DNA of 64,000 bases. Source: an uncultured delta proteobacterium. Its GTDB lineage: Bacteria > Desulfobacterota > Syntrophia > Syntrophales > UBA2185. A program made the position numbers and the translations under genes. Of this stretch, positions 37,523 through 48,423 are shown piece after piece; within the stretch, counting starts at the first letter, position 1; every line of letters starts with the position of its first letter. The notes under the pieces were generated by a model, which ran no database searches, was not told the DNA's origin, and worked only from the letters and a program-made list of their open reading frames with translations. The DNA is taken from assembly GCA_963729715.1 (NCBI GenBank), contig CAVSPA010000010.1, forward strand, positions 96,001-160,000. Direction: 5' to 3'.

Positions 37523-39115
37523 CTACATCTCCAGTTGCGTAACGGAGATGATATTGGGCAGATTGCGGAGTTTATCGAGAACATCCCGATTTACCATCGT
37601 ATCCGTCGTCAGGACTACGAGCGCCTCTCCGTCGATCTGCTCACGGCTCAAGTGGAGTCTCGCAATATTAACATTGTTGCTTCCGAGGCTTGTGCCAAGA
37701 TTGCCGATAACTCCGGGTTTGTCGTAGTTGGATACTACCAGCATATGCCCCTCCGGGATTACCTCGACAGTAAATTTGTTGATCCTGACGATTCTAAGAT
37801 ACTGCCTGCCGAAAATGGTGCCCACCGCATAGCCGGCTTCATGGGCAGTTTTGACCGTCAGCGATATCATACTCGTATAATCCTTTGCCTCGCTGCTTTT
37901 TGACTCGACAACCCTGATGCCGCGTTCCTTGGCGATGAGAGGCGCGTTTATGTAATTAACGCTCTCATTCAGTATAGGCGTCAAAAGCCCCTTGAGCAGG
38001 GAAATGGTTATGGGAGCGACATTGTAATTCAGGATATCTCCGCTGTACTCTACTGTGACCTCGTTGATGCCGCCCTTAACCAATTGCGCCTCGAATGTCC
38101 CCATTTTCTCCGCGAGGTCTAGGTAGGGCTGGATAACAGTCAGCAGTTCGGCGCTTACAGATGGGAAATTAACGGCATTTTTAATTTCTCCTTTTGTGAG
38201 AAAGTTTACTATCTGCTCGGCGATGGCGATGGCCACATTGACCTGGGCTTCGTCAGTCGACGCGCCCAGATGGGGAGTGCAGATTACGTTGCCGAGAGCA
38301 AGGAGCTCTTTATTTTTTGTCGGTTCTTCTTCAAAAACATCGAGGGCGGCGCCGGCAACTTTTCCCGAGGTGAGCGCGTCATAGAGGTCCTTTTCATTTA
38401 TGATACCACCACGCGCGCAATTTATCACATAAACGCCTTTTTTCATCTTGGCGAAAGCCTTAGCATCGATTATGCCCCTCGTCTCCTTTGTCATGGGGGT
38501 ATGGACTGAGATAAAGTCGGACTTCTGCAGCAGTTCATCCAAATTGGCGAGCGTGATCCCCAGCTTTCCGGCCGCCTCCGGTGAGATGAAAGGGTCATAG
38601 GCGACAACATTCATCTTCAGACCCATGGCCCTGTCGGCAACGATGGTGCCGACGCGTCCGATACCGATGATACCGAGGGTTTTATTATATAATTCTGTCC
38701 CCATGAATTTATTTTTTTCCCACTTTCCACCTTTCATGGACGCCGTGGCCTGGGGTATCTTTCTCGCGAGGGAAAACATCATGGCTATGGTATGTTCACC
38801 GGTGGTGATGGTATTGCCTCCGGGGGTATTCATGCAGACGATGCCCCTCTTGCTCGCCGCGGCAATATCCACGTTATCGAGGCCGATTCCCGCCCGCCCG
38901 ATTACAGAGAGCTTCTCCGCGTGGTCGATGATCTCCTTGGTGACCTTCGTAGCGCTCCTGATGGCCAGCCCGTCATAATCCTTGATGATGCCTTTTAGTT
39001 CGTCCGGTGTGAGGTTTGTCATTACATCGACCTCAATGTCCGGTGCGTTCTTGAGTATTTCAATGCCCTCGGCAGCCAGGGTATCGCTTACGAGAACTTT
39101 CTTCATGTTCGTCAT
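37523..39115 (-). CDS. serA: D-3-phosphoglycerate dehydrogenase
   Basis: RAGIGLDNVD, G.GRVG, NCARGG, TPHLGAST and a C-terminal ACT domain. Confidence 0.96.
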   Translation of the reverse strand: MTNMKKVLVSDTLAAEGIEILKNAPDIEVDVMTNLTPDELKGIIKDYDGLAIRSATKVTKEIIDHAEKLSVIGRAGIGLDNVDIAAASKRGIVCMNTPGGNTITTGEHTIAMMFSLARKIPQATASMKGGKWEKNKFMGTELYNKTLGIIGIGRVGTIVADRAMGLKMNVVAYDPFISPEAAGKLGITLANLDELLQKSDFISVHTPMTKETRGIIDAKAFAKMKKGVYVINCARGGIINEKDLYDALTSGKVAGAALDVFEEEPTKNKELLALGNVICTPHLGASTDEAQVNVAIAIAEQIVNFLTKGEIKNAVNFPSVSAELLTVIQPYLDLAEKMGTFEAQLVKGGINEVTVEYSGDILNYNVAPITISLLKGLLTPILNESVNYINAPLIAKERGIRVVESKSSEAKDYTSMISLTVKTAHEAGYAVGTIFGRQYLRIVRINKFTVEVIPEGHMLVVSNYDKPGVIGNLGTSLGSNNVNIARLHLSREQIDGEALVVLTTDTMVNRDVLDKLRNLPNIISVTQLEM

Positions 39116-39159
39116 CCTCCTAAATTAATTAATGAGATATTTTGATGATCCAAATGAAA

Positions 39160-40287
39160 TCACAATTCTTTAATTTTCTGCATATAAACCTTTTCCATTT
39201 CCGTGAGGGCGTATTTAATATCTTCCGATTGGATCGTCGGGCCGCACCAGAAGCGGAACCCCGGCGGGGCATCCCTGTACGAATTTATGTCGTGCGCAAT
39301 ATTCTTCTTGGAGAGTTCGCTGGAAATGCTCTTTAAGAACTTTGCCTGATCGTCCTTGGAGAGCTTGCGGACTTTTTCACCGGTTACGGAGAGGCACACG
39401 GATGTGCTCGATCGCGTGCCTTTTGAAGCCGCAAGGAAATCTATCCAATCATTTCTTCCGGCCCATTCTTCCACGGCCTTAAGGTTTTTCTCGCTCCTCT
39501 CTATGAGACCGGCCAGTCCTATTTCCTTTGCCCAGTTGAGGGCATCGAGGTAGTCTTCTACACAGAGCATGGAAGGAGTATTGATGGTGTCGCCTTCAAA
39601 GATCGCTTTATCGACCTTGCCGCCTTTTTTCATCCGGAACACCTTGGGAAGCGGCCAGGGCGGATCGTAAGTCTCTATGCGCTGTACGGCCCTTGGACTT
39701 AATATGAGCATGCCGTGGGCGGCTTCACCGCCGAGGCATTTCTGCCAGGAGTACGTCAGCACGTCAACTTTTGACCAGTCGATGGTCATGGCAAATACGG
39801 CGCTTGTGGCATCGCAGATGGATAGACCCTCACGATCTTTTGGAATCCAATTCCAGTCGGGGATTCTTACGCCGCTCGTTGTTCCATTTGCAACAAAAAC
39901 GCAATCATTGGACCAGTCGACTGACGTGAGATCCGGTATTTCCCCGTAATCTGCTTTCAGAATAGTGGGGTTCAGTTTCAAATGTTTGGTGATATCCGTC
40001 GCCCAACCTGCAGAAAAACTCTCCCAGACAAGTACCGTAACAGGCCTGGGCCCTAAAAGGGTCCACATGGCTGCTTCAAAAGCGCCCGTGTCCGATGCAG
40101 GCATTATTCCGATAAGGTAATCCTGCGGGATTCCCAGTATCTCCCTGCTTTGGGCTATGGCTTTTACCAATTTTTGCTTTCCGAGGGACGAACGATGGGA
40201 CCTGCCGACCGCTGCGTTCTTGAGGAAATCAAGACTCCAGTGGGGCCTCTTGCTGCAAGGCCCGGAACTAAAATTTGGATTATGCAT
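39160..40287 (-). CDS. serC: Phosphoserine aminotransferase (Methanosarcina type)
   Basis: NFSSGPC, GRSHRS, SDTGAFE, DATSA, SWQK..GGE.AHG and YRDAPPG.R.W.G. Confidence 0.93.
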   Translation of the reverse strand: MHNPNFSSGPCSKRPHWSLDFLKNAAVGRSHRSSLGKQKLVKAIAQSREILGIPQDYLIGIMPASDTGAFEAAMWTLLGPRPVTVLVWESFSAGWATDITKHLKLNPTILKADYGEIPDLTSVDWSNDCVFVANGTTSGVRIPDWNWIPKDREGLSICDATSAVFAMTIDWSKVDVLTYSWQKCLGGEAAHGMLILSPRAVQRIETYDPPWPLPKVFRMKKGGKVDKAIFEGDTINTPSMLCVEDYLDALNWAKEIGLAGLIERSEKNLKAVEEWAGRNDWIDFLAASKGTRSSTSVCLSVTGEKVRKLSKDDQAKFLKSISSELSKKNIAHDINSYRDAPPGFRFWCGPTIQSEDIKYALTEMEKVYMQKIKEL

Positions 40288-40437
40288 ACTTTACTATCTC
40301 CTGATTTTTTTTATAGACATTGAAATATATCAGCATTGAAATGATTACTCAAGATTTTTTGAATTAGTTTCGTATTGACTGCTGGATTAAAAAAACATAT
40401 GTTCATGCTATATTAGAGCATTAATAGGGTTATTTGA

Positions 40438-41796
40438 TTGAAAAAGATTAAAACTGCCTTTTTTTGTCAGAACTGTGGCCACCAGTCACTAAAATGGCTG
40501 GGCAAGTGTCCCTCGTGCGAGGAATGGAACCGATTTGCCGAGGAAGAAATAAGGGCCATTGACCCCGCGGGTCCCGCGGGCATAGAGTTCAACGAATCCC
40601 CCTTGCCCATTGATGAAATCGTTGCCGATGAAAAAGAAAGGATGACTACGGGAATTGCGGAAATGGACAGGGTTCTCGGCGGCGGTATCGTAAACGGATC
40701 GGTTACTCTCGTCGGTGGCGACCCCGGCATCGGCAAATCGACGCTGCTTCTCCAGGTGGTCCACAATCTCGCGGAAAAGGATTTGAAGATCCTTTACATC
40801 TCCGGTGAGGAATCGGCAAAGCAGATAAAGCTCCGGGGCAAAAGGATCGGGGCCTCATCAAAAAACCTTTTCGTCCTGGTTGAGATTGACCTCGATAACA
40901 TTGTCAAACATATAAAGGAGATATCGCCTAGGGCTGTGGTAATTGATTCCATTCAAACCATGTATTCACCGGTCCTCACGTCCGCGCCGGGAAGCGTCGG
41001 GCAGGTCAGGGAGTCATCAGCACGTCTCATTCTCCTTGCAAAAAAGACAGGCATTCCCGTCTTTCTTGTCGGGCATGTGACCAAGGACGGCTCCATAGCA
41101 GGCCCGAAGGTGCTGGAACATATGGTGGATACGGTACTCTATTTCGAAGGTGACTCGAGTCATGCATATCGTATCATCAGGGCCATAAAGAACAGATTCG
41201 GGCCGACCAATGAAATCGGTGTTTTTGAAATGAGCAGCAACGGTTTAAATGAAGTTGCGAACCCCTCGGCATTTTTCCTGACGGAACGGCCGGAAGGGGC
41301 GCCGGGTTCCGTGGTTGTGCCGAGCATTGAAGGCACCAGGCCGATCCTTATAGAGATCCAATCCCTCGTCAATCCGACCAGCTTCGGTATGCCGCGCAGG
41401 ACGGCCATCGGGGTGGACCATAATCGGGTGGCCTTGCTTGCCGCTGTTATGGATAAGATGTGCGGATTCCGTCTCAGTGGACATGATATTTTTATCAATG
41501 TGGCAGGCGGCATGAAGGTGGACGAGCCGGCGGTTGACATGGGAATTGTTGCATCCATGGCCTCCAGTTTTCTCGACAAACCTATCGATAAAGGCACGGT
41601 GGTATTTGGTGAGGTGGGTCTTGCAGGTGAGGTGAGGGGGATCTCGCAAATGGATGTCAGGATCAAGGAGTCGGCCCGCATGGGATTTGTGCGCTGCATC
41701 ATGCCTCAGACCTCCTCCCGAAACGTATCCGCAGAGAAAAAGATGGAGTGTATCAGGGTCAACAGTCTGAAAAAACTTCTGGAGTGTCTCTTCTGA
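40438..41796 (+). CDS. radA: DNA repair protein RadA/Sms
   Basis: C4 Zn finger, GDPGIGKST and KNRFG. Confidence 0.97.
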   Translation: MKKIKTAFFCQNCGHQSLKWLGKCPSCEEWNRFAEEEIRAIDPAGPAGIEFNESPLPIDEIVADEKERMTTGIAEMDRVLGGGIVNGSVTLVGGDPGIGKSTLLLQVVHNLAEKDLKILYISGEESAKQIKLRGKRIGASSKNLFVLVEIDLDNIVKHIKEISPRAVVIDSIQTMYSPVLTSAPGSVGQVRESSARLILLAKKTGIPVFLVGHVTKDGSIAGPKVLEHMVDTVLYFEGDSSHAYRIIRAIKNRFGPTNEIGVFEMSSNGLNEVANPSAFFLTERPEGAPGSVVVPSIEGTRPILIEIQSLVNPTSFGMPRRTAIGVDHNRVALLAAVMDKMCGFRLSGHDIFINVAGGMKVDEPAVDMGIVASMASSFLDKPIDKGTVVFGEVGLAGEVRGISQMDVRIKESARMGFVRCIMPQTSSRNVSAEKKMECIRVNSLKKLLECLF

Positions 41797-41798
41797 TT

Positions 41799-42503
41799 AT
41801 GCCGAAAAAAATTCTTATTGTTGATGATGAAAAAGACATCGTGGATCTGATCAGTTACAATCTTGAGAAGGAAGGGTTTGCGGCTCTTAAGGCCTACGAC
41901 GGGGAAAGCGCCCTCAAACTGGTTAAGGCGAAAAGACCGGATCTGGTCATCCTCGATCTCATGCTTCCGGGCATGAGAGGATTAGAGGTATGCAAATTTA
42001 TCCGAAAGAATCCCGAAATAGAAACGCTGCCGATCATCATGCTCACGGCCAAAGGTGATCAGGTAGATAAGATACTGGGCTTGGAGATGGGCGCAGACGA
42101 TTACATTACCAAGCCTTTCAATGTGAGGGAACTGATCGCCAGGATTCATGCGGTTCTGCGAAGGGCGGAAGGGCGTGCCGATGCGGTCAAGAAGGAACAG
42201 TTCGCATACAAGGGACTCCGGTTTGATTACAGCTCATATGATGTTACCGTTGACGGGGGAAAGGTCGATCTTGGCCCAACAGAAGTGAAACTATTGCGAT
42301 TCCTCACCCAGCATCCCGGCAGGGTTTACACGAGGGATCAGCTTCTGGACTATGTCTGGGGCGATGAGACTTTCGTTGAGCCCCGTACCGTGGATGTTCA
42401 TATCAGCCGTCTGCGGATGGCGATAGAAAAAGATAAGGATAAGCCGCAGTATGTCCTCACAGTCAGGGGGATCGGGTATAAATTTGCAGATACGAAAGCG
42501 TGA
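41799..42503 (+). CDS. OmpR/PhoB-family response regulator
   Basis: Receiver domain plus winged helix (RTVDVHISRLR, TVRGIGY); no adjacent kinase. Confidence 0.92.
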   Translation: MPKKILIVDDEKDIVDLISYNLEKEGFAALKAYDGESALKLVKAKRPDLVILDLMLPGMRGLEVCKFIRKNPEIETLPIIMLTAKGDQVDKILGLEMGADDYITKPFNVRELIARIHAVLRRAEGRADAVKKEQFAYKGLRFDYSSYDVTVDGGKVDLGPTEVKLLRFLTQHPGRVYTRDQLLDYVWGDETFVEPRTVDVHISRLRMAIEKDKDKPQYVLTVRGIGYKFADTKA

Positions 42504-42591
42504 TATAAAAGATAAGTTGGCGACCGTGACCGGAGAGCTAAGATTTACCGATACACATGAATGAATTTGAGATAATAAAAAGGAGCAAAAT

Positions 42592-43080
42592 ATGCATAAA
42601 CCGATGCGCCTATTGATTTCATTTTCTGTTATTTTCTTGCTTGCCGGTGCGTCAATAATTTGTGCTCAGGATCAACAGAAATCATTAGATGACGATTTTC
42701 TTCACCAACTCTTTCTTTCCGCTAAGAATGGAACAACGGATAAAGAGACCTTGGTAAAAATGATAAACAGTCTGGCAAAGGAAAATTTTGATCAGCAGTA
42801 CAAAGGGGACGTCAAAAACATAGAGTTGGAGGGCATCTACGAGCTCGCTAAAAACTGTTATGTCACCTGTCATACCGCGCAGTTGAGGAGCGGGGAGGAG
42901 GTTTTTCTATTTCATGCCCACATATTTGGCAAACTTGAAAATAGTGATATCCAGATACATGGCCGCGGAAAAGAGGATATGGCGGAGTTTGGAAAATTCA
43001 TGATGATGAGCGAGAGCGGGAAAATAAAATTTATCAGATACTTCTTCAAAACTTATGCAAAGATTGAATTACCTTCGTAA
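42592..43080 (+). CDS. Hypothetical secreted protein
   Basis: AGGAG RBS, signal peptide, one CxxCH-like segment (CYVTCH). Confidence 0.6.
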   Translation: MHKPMRLLISFSVIFLLAGASIICAQDQQKSLDDDFLHQLFLSAKNGTTDKETLVKMINSLAKENFDQQYKGDVKNIELEGIYELAKNCYVTCHTAQLRSGEEVFLFHAHIFGKLENSDIQIHGRGKEDMAEFGKFMMMSESGKIKFIRYFFKTYAKIELPS

Positions 43081-43113
43081 GAAAGGTAGGTTCTAAATTG
43101 CCCCGTCGGCAAT

Positions 43114-43632
43114 TCACGTAAAATAAAAATTAAAATCTCCCTGACATACATCCCTATCAAGCATCAGACATCTTAGCACCTGGGGTGCGAGACCGTACTC
43201 GAGTCCCAGGCTGTCAAACCAGCATTGAAGCCTGTAGATAACCCCACATTCATATTGATCAATGGCCCCTATTCTTTTTATTCCTTTGTATGCGAAGCAG
43301 TTACCCGGCTCAAATTCCCAGTGGAGCATATTTTTCCTTGCGAAAGACATGGTGATATTCATAAAAGCGGGTATAAATAAATAGGAGACGGGAATAAAGA
43401 AGTCTTTGAATTCCTGAAAATTCTCAATCTGTTTCTCCATGCCGAGGGTCTTTTTAATTCTGTCGATCTCTAGCGGTGCTAATGATCTAATGGCGGCTTT
43501 ATTCAGCTCATTCGCCTTTTCTATGCCGAAGTTCTTTAAGCAGTGATAGAACCACATACCGTCATGGGTCATCCAGCATCGGTTCAAAAGGTCGACGATT
43601 TCTTCTTCCTGCGGTTTACGCAACAAACTCAT
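43114..43632 (-). CDS. DUF6125-like protein
   Basis: W..HDG.WF......G...A..LN..A pattern and conserved cysteines. Confidence 0.6.
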   Translation of the reverse strand: MSLLRKPQEEEIVDLLNRCWMTHDGMWFYHCLKNFGIEKANELNKAAIRSLAPLEIDRIKKTLGMEKQIENFQEFKDFFIPVSYLFIPAFMNITMSFARKNMLHWEFEPGNCFAYKGIKRIGAIDQYECGVIYRLQCWFDSLGLEYGLAPQVLRCLMLDRDVCQGDFNFYFT

Positions 43633-43693
43633 GGGCGTATCCTTTCGTCACGCGTTCCCGTTACCATTCTTGCATAAGGACGGTTCAAGTAAC

Positions 43694-44143
43694 TCATAAT
43701 CTTCTCAACTGAAAGTTACCGTGGACAATGCAGCAGACGTTTCCCTGCTCATCCTTCAGTTCGAAATCGAGAGGCCAGTCCGCCTTCCCCGCTTCATCGG
43801 CGATTTTCCTGACGCCGTGGACCTGCTCAGGAGTCAAAGATGCCTCAACTGTGATGTCCGTTGTGGCCGGTTTCTTGAAGGCAATCGTCATTTCCTTCAA
43901 GAGAATATAATATTTCTTATAGTCGAAAGAGGCGAAGAAGAGGATCCCGCCCGCAAAATCCGCGAGCGAAAAGAGGGACCCGGCATATACGGTACCGACG
44001 TGGTTCACGTTCGGCTCTTTCGGCAGCATTATTCTTACCGACCGCTTCTCAAGATCGAGGATGCGCATTCCCATTATTTCGACTATCTTGATTGTCTTTT
44101 CGAGATAGCCGACAAGGTCCTTATACTCATCGCTGATTGCCAT
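43694..44143 (-). CDS. Hotdog-fold thioesterase (YiiD C-terminal/PaaI-like)
   Basis: N.NHVGTVYAGSLFSLAD and I.FKKPA. Confidence 0.85.
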   Translation of the reverse strand: MAISDEYKDLVGYLEKTIKIVEIMGMRILDLEKRSVRIMLPKEPNVNHVGTVYAGSLFSLADFAGGILFFASFDYKKYYILLKEMTIAFKKPATTDITVEASLTPEQVHGVRKIADEAGKADWPLDFELKDEQGNVCCIVHGNFQLRRL

Positions 44144-44529
44144 CTGGCAATCCTCCTAATATGATTTTATATTCTCGCACAGAAAGAACAAGTGTCATGC
44201 GGACCTGGCATGTTACCAATAATCAAGAATTAACCGCCATTAATTGCCGCAGCCGACTGTGCAATGTTATGTATCATTAGTTGCAAGGGAAATCTACAGT
44301 GATGTGGCAAGAATATATCAAGCGCTTACGGGAAGGGATGCTGTTAGTGGTTACACCTCCTACTTATCATTTGTGTTAATCATGAAGAGTAGTATGATTT
44401 TTGGAGAGAAAAGGCAGGAGAACGTGATTTCACCGGGGTCGTTGAACCCTTCTTGTAGTGTGTTCCCTGTCTCCCTGAACCCAAGAAGTCCTCAATCATA
44501 AGGTTTAAATTGAATTGAGTATTACCATG

Positions 44530-45183
44530 TCAAATCTTCAAAGCAAGGCTGACGACCATTTTTGCACTCTCAAGGAAACCGGCAAAGCTTGAGTCGATGC
44601 ACAGGTGAAAATTACGTGGGTCCGTCCAATCGACGCCTGCCATGTGCCGGATGTACTTGGTCCTGCTCTGATCTGAATCTTTGACTTTATTGCGTGCTTC
44701 CCGGATATCGGTAATATTCTGCATCTGCATGACTCGTTTAACCCGAAATTCCCTGGGAGCGTGGATAAATACACGAATCACGTTAGGCCGCTCTCTCAGT
44801 GCATAGAAGCCGCCACGCCCTATGATGACGGCGTTATATTGATCAGCAATTCCTTCGATGATCTTACACTCCAGGGTGAACAGATCCCTCCTGTAGACAG
44901 GTTGTCTCATCGGTTGTAAAGTTCCCCCTGGGGGTGTTACGTATGATAATCCTTTGATAATTGTTTCGATAAGGCCTGGCGATTTTTCACCAACGTCTTC
45001 CAGCACCCTCACATCTGTTTCAAAATGTTCTGCAGCTTGTCTCAATATCTCTCGGTCAAAATATTTGAAGCCGAGCTCTTTCGCCGCCAGATGACCTATA
45101 TACGCACCGCCGCTTCCTATCTGTCTTGATATGGTTATAGTAATATGTCGTTCTTCACTCATGCGACCCTCCGGTTCATCCAT
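44530..45183 (-). CDS. Cytidylate kinase-like family protein
   Basis: ITISRQ.GSGG, VIIGRGG and D..R..Y...W.DP..FHLCIDS. Confidence 0.88.
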   Translation of the reverse strand: MDEPEGRMSEERHITITISRQIGSGGAYIGHLAAKELGFKYFDREILRQAAEHFETDVRVLEDVGEKSPGLIETIIKGLSYVTPPGGTLQPMRQPVYRRDLFTLECKIIEGIADQYNAVIIGRGGFYALRERPNVIRVFIHAPREFRVKRVMQMQNITDIREARNKVKDSDQSRTKYIRHMAGVDWTDPRNFHLCIDSSFAGFLESAKMVVSLALKI

Positions 45184-45355
45184 CTCTCTTTAAACCTCTG
45201 GCTGGCTCATGACCAGTATCTTCTTTAATTTATTTCTTCGCGTTCTATTCATCAAGAAGAATCTGAACGGTGGTGATTTTGACTTGAAAGAGATTACTTT
45301 TACCGAACTCCTCGGATTGTTTAGTACAATAAGGAGTGCTTGCTGAAAACACCTC

Positions 45356-46465
45356 CTATCTCAACGAAGGTTGTGGGATGCCGTATTTAGTGAAGACAAT
45401 CTGCCAGATTTGATTGTTTCTTGCACGGAATGCGCCTGCACAGGACAGCAAATAATAATCCCACATGCGCTTGAATTTCTCGTCGTATCTCTTTTTCAAC
45501 ATGGTCCATGCCTTCTGAAAGTTCGCGTGCCAGGCCATGAGTGTTTTCTCATAGTGAGGTCCTAAGTTATGCAGATCTTCCGTAACGAACAGACCCTCGA
45601 CGGCCTTGCTGATCTGAGAAATGCTGGGCAACATGCCATTGGGAAATATGTATTTGTTGATCCAGGGGTCGCATCTTATCTGGGATTCGTTACCGCCTAT
45701 GGTATGCAGAAGGAAAATCCCAGTATCTTTGAGACAACGGTGGACAGTCTTCATGAAGATTCTGTAGTTTTTATGGCCGACGTGTTCAAACATTCCGACG
45801 GAGACGATCTTATCGAATGAACCATGGACATCGCGGTAATCGCAGTGGAGGATCTGCACAGGCAAGTCTTTGCAGAATTTCCTGGCATAGCTGATCTGCT
45901 TTTCGGATATATTGATGGCCGTCACCTTGCAGTAGTAATGTTCGGCCATGTACTTTGCAAATCCTCCCCAGCCACAGCCGATATCTAGGACACTATCATC
46001 TTTGCTGAGACCAATCTTCCTACAGATCATGTCCATTTTTTTGAGCTGTGCTTCGTTTAAGTATTCCGTTCCATCAAAATATGCACAGCTGTACTGGTTG
46101 TAAGGGTCGAGAAATGACATAAACAGTTCGTTGTCGAGATCATAATGCCATTCTGCAACAACACGGGAGCGTATTTTCGATTGCATATTGAAAAGCATAG
46201 CTGATAGGACAGGCATGAGGAATTTAAAGCTGTCTTTGATTTTTTTTTCCAACCCGGACGTCAAAATCTTACAAATAAATTCATCGAGTTGCCGGCAGTC
46301 CCACCATCCCTCCATGTATGATTCACCGAGACCTAAACTTTTGTCCCGCAGGAGCCGTGGGAAAGTACGTTCATCTCTTACGTGCATATCCCATGGACTG
46401 TTGCCATTGATGGTAATGCCTGTCGTAGCAAACATTTCTTCAAGCACAGATCTCTGTCTGAACAT
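45356..46465 (-). CDS. cfa: Cyclopropane-fatty-acyl-phospholipid synthase
   Basis: LGLGESYM.GWW, HYDL.N, LDIGCGWG, SVGMFEHVG and WI.KYIFP.G. Confidence 0.95.
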   Translation of the reverse strand: MFRQRSVLEEMFATTGITINGNSPWDMHVRDERTFPRLLRDKSLGLGESYMEGWWDCRQLDEFICKILTSGLEKKIKDSFKFLMPVLSAMLFNMQSKIRSRVVAEWHYDLDNELFMSFLDPYNQYSCAYFDGTEYLNEAQLKKMDMICRKIGLSKDDSVLDIGCGWGGFAKYMAEHYYCKVTAINISEKQISYARKFCKDLPVQILHCDYRDVHGSFDKIVSVGMFEHVGHKNYRIFMKTVHRCLKDTGIFLLHTIGGNESQIRCDPWINKYIFPNGMLPSISQISKAVEGLFVTEDLHNLGPHYEKTLMAWHANFQKAWTMLKKRYDEKFKRMWDYYLLSCAGAFRARNNQIWQIVFTKYGIPQPSLR

Positions 46466-46542
46466 AGCACACCTCCTGCTCGATTCTTATGGTTTGCGCC
46501 TGCTCATCATTTATTTACAAGGCCCGATTTAGCGGCCCTACC

Positions 46543-46884
46543 TTAGTGTTCAATGAATTCTTTCAGGGCGACCGCGTTATTAAGCTCCGTCGCCTTGGCG
46601 GAAAAGAGGAGGGTGAGCGTGCGCTTTTTAGATTCCTGACGGAGCTGATCGATGATCCCCATTTTATCTTTGAGTTCTATCTTGTAGCGTTTCTTGAACT
46701 CGCCCCACTTTGCCGGATCATGGGAGTACCATTTTCTGAGCTCAGTGCTTGGCGCCATGTCCCTGAGCCAGTCGTCGACGGCGGCATCTTCTTTCTTGAT
46801 TCCTCTGGGCCAGAGGCGATCTACGAGGATGCGCTTGCCATCACCTGGAGATGCCTGATCGTAAACCTTTTTTACCTTTAGCAT
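46543..46884 (-). CDS. DUF488 (YeaO) family protein
   Basis: DG.RILVDRLWPRG.KKE and APSTELRKW..H. Confidence 0.92.
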   Translation of the reverse strand: MLKVKKVYDQASPGDGKRILVDRLWPRGIKKEDAAVDDWLRDMAPSTELRKWYSHDPAKWGEFKKRYKIELKDKMGIIDQLRQESKKRTLTLLFSAKATELNNAVALKEFIEH

Positions 46885-46976
46885 AGTCCATCTCTCAAAG
46901 CGAACATTCTCCCGGCCGTTTCTTTAAGGTTGTCAAGACAGGATGCACTTGGCGGACGCGCCGGCTAATTTACCCA

Positions 46977-47561
46977 TCAGCGACGGACAATCCTCTCTCG
47001 AATGATCCGCTCGATGCTCGGGAATGTCTTCCGCGCCGCCTCCGGGACAGGTAACCATTCGAATGTGCCGGGTTTGCCTTTATAGTAGTCGAACGGCGAG
47101 GCCCCGGGACCGATGGGCCTGCCTACGATAATCCTGCCCACCATCCCCGCCTCTTCATGAGGTATGCAGTAGTAATCGTATACGCCTTCCGCAGTGAGAG
47201 TGACCTCGAAGTGATTCCCGGGATTCACCAGATAACCGGAGTTCCACGGAACGGCATCTTCGGGGATTCTCAGAGAGTGATTGTCGTTCCGTGGATGGTA
47301 TGCAATCGCAGTGTGGACATTCTCAGCCGCAACCCAGCGGACCGTTTGCCCAGGATCGATATAGATTCCGATGGGGTCAAACCAGACATCTCCGCCTGTT
47401 TGGTCGCTACGCATCCGGATTGTTGCGACACCGGCGGCGCTCGCCGTGCGGCAATACTCATATCCATTCAGACCTGTCAGAACCACCCGCATTATATCCT
47501 GCATGATGATGCCGCCGAGGACTGCCCCGCCCGTCTTAATAAAATTCCGACGTGTATGCAT
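46977..47561 (-). CDS. Tat-exported cupredoxin (plastocyanin/azurin family)
   Basis: TRRNFIK Tat motif; His and YYCIPHEEAGM type-1 copper ligands. Confidence 0.85.
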   Translation of the reverse strand: MHTRRNFIKTGGAVLGGIIMQDIMRVVLTGLNGYEYCRTASAAGVATIRMRSDQTGGDVWFDPIGIYIDPGQTVRWVAAENVHTAIAYHPRNDNHSLRIPEDAVPWNSGYLVNPGNHFEVTLTAEGVYDYYCIPHEEAGMVGRIIVGRPIGPGASPFDYYKGKPGTFEWLPVPEAARKTFPSIERIIRERIVRR

Positions 47562-47574
47562 GATGCCTCTTGGT

Positions 47575-48027
47575 TTACTTCATCCCTGCCGCTTTTTCCG
47601 GCGAGACATACCACAGGATGACGTGGTAATGCGGATCGGGAACTCCCGGATGTCCGGCGTTGTAGTGCATATCCACATGATCCACTTTCATCTGGGCTAC
47701 CTTAAGGTTTTTGAACTCCTTGTGTTCGTTTATGTCCTTGAGGGGAATCATATAGACGCTGCTCACGAGCTGACCCTTGCGGTCATACGCGAGAAATGGG
47801 CCTGCCGGCAGCGTTGCCGGATCCACATAAAGAGTTCCCAGGCCGGGGATGAAGTCCGGGAGGGCGACCAGAGAGCTCACCTTCTTGTAATTGCCGCCGG
47901 GGGGCGCCATTTTTGACATCTGCTTTTCCGCGCAGATACCTTCGATCGTTGCAGCGAAGATCATGATACCGATCGCCAGAACACACAATACCAAGAGACG
48001 CGATTTACCCTGTAAATGTTTCATCAC
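47575..48027 (-). CDS. Hypothetical secreted His-containing protein
   Basis: Signal peptide; DHVD.HYN.GHPG...PHYH. Confidence 0.7.
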   Translation of the reverse strand: MMKHLQGKSRLLVLCVLAIGIMIFAATIEGICAEKQMSKMAPPGGNYKKVSSLVALPDFIPGLGTLYVDPATLPAGPFLAYDRKGQLVSSVYMIPLKDINEHKEFKNLKVAQMKVDHVDMHYNAGHPGVPDPHYHVILWYVSPEKAAGMK

Positions 48028-48423
48028 CTTATTTCTCCTCCGAAATTTTGTTCAATAATGTTCAGTGAAGATTTCAACATTATTGTATGTGAAAAAAATC
48101 TATATGGCTATAGTCAACAATTCAATTGTCAACAATTCAATCAGGCAATCCCTTATTTACTGTTTCGAATTGTCTGAGCAATAAAAGACTGTCTAAGAAT
48201 TTTTGAAGCAACAAATCAGTCTATGCCTGATTGCAAATTAATTTTTGATGAAGCATCTTTTAAGGAGGCGCACTCGTATGCATAAAATAGTGTTTGCGCC
48301 AGAGGGTGAAACCCCGGTGTCAATGGCGAAATCCTCTTTATCAGGAACATTTATGGTTTTTAAATCTCTAAGCTCATAATCGGGTGGGTCGACACAATAA
48401 ATCTAAGTTACAAGGAGGAGAGT

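Noticed and set aside
42592..43080. c-type cytochrome
   Set aside because: The motif is CYVTCH (CX3CH) rather than canonical CXXCH, and there is no other supporting feature.
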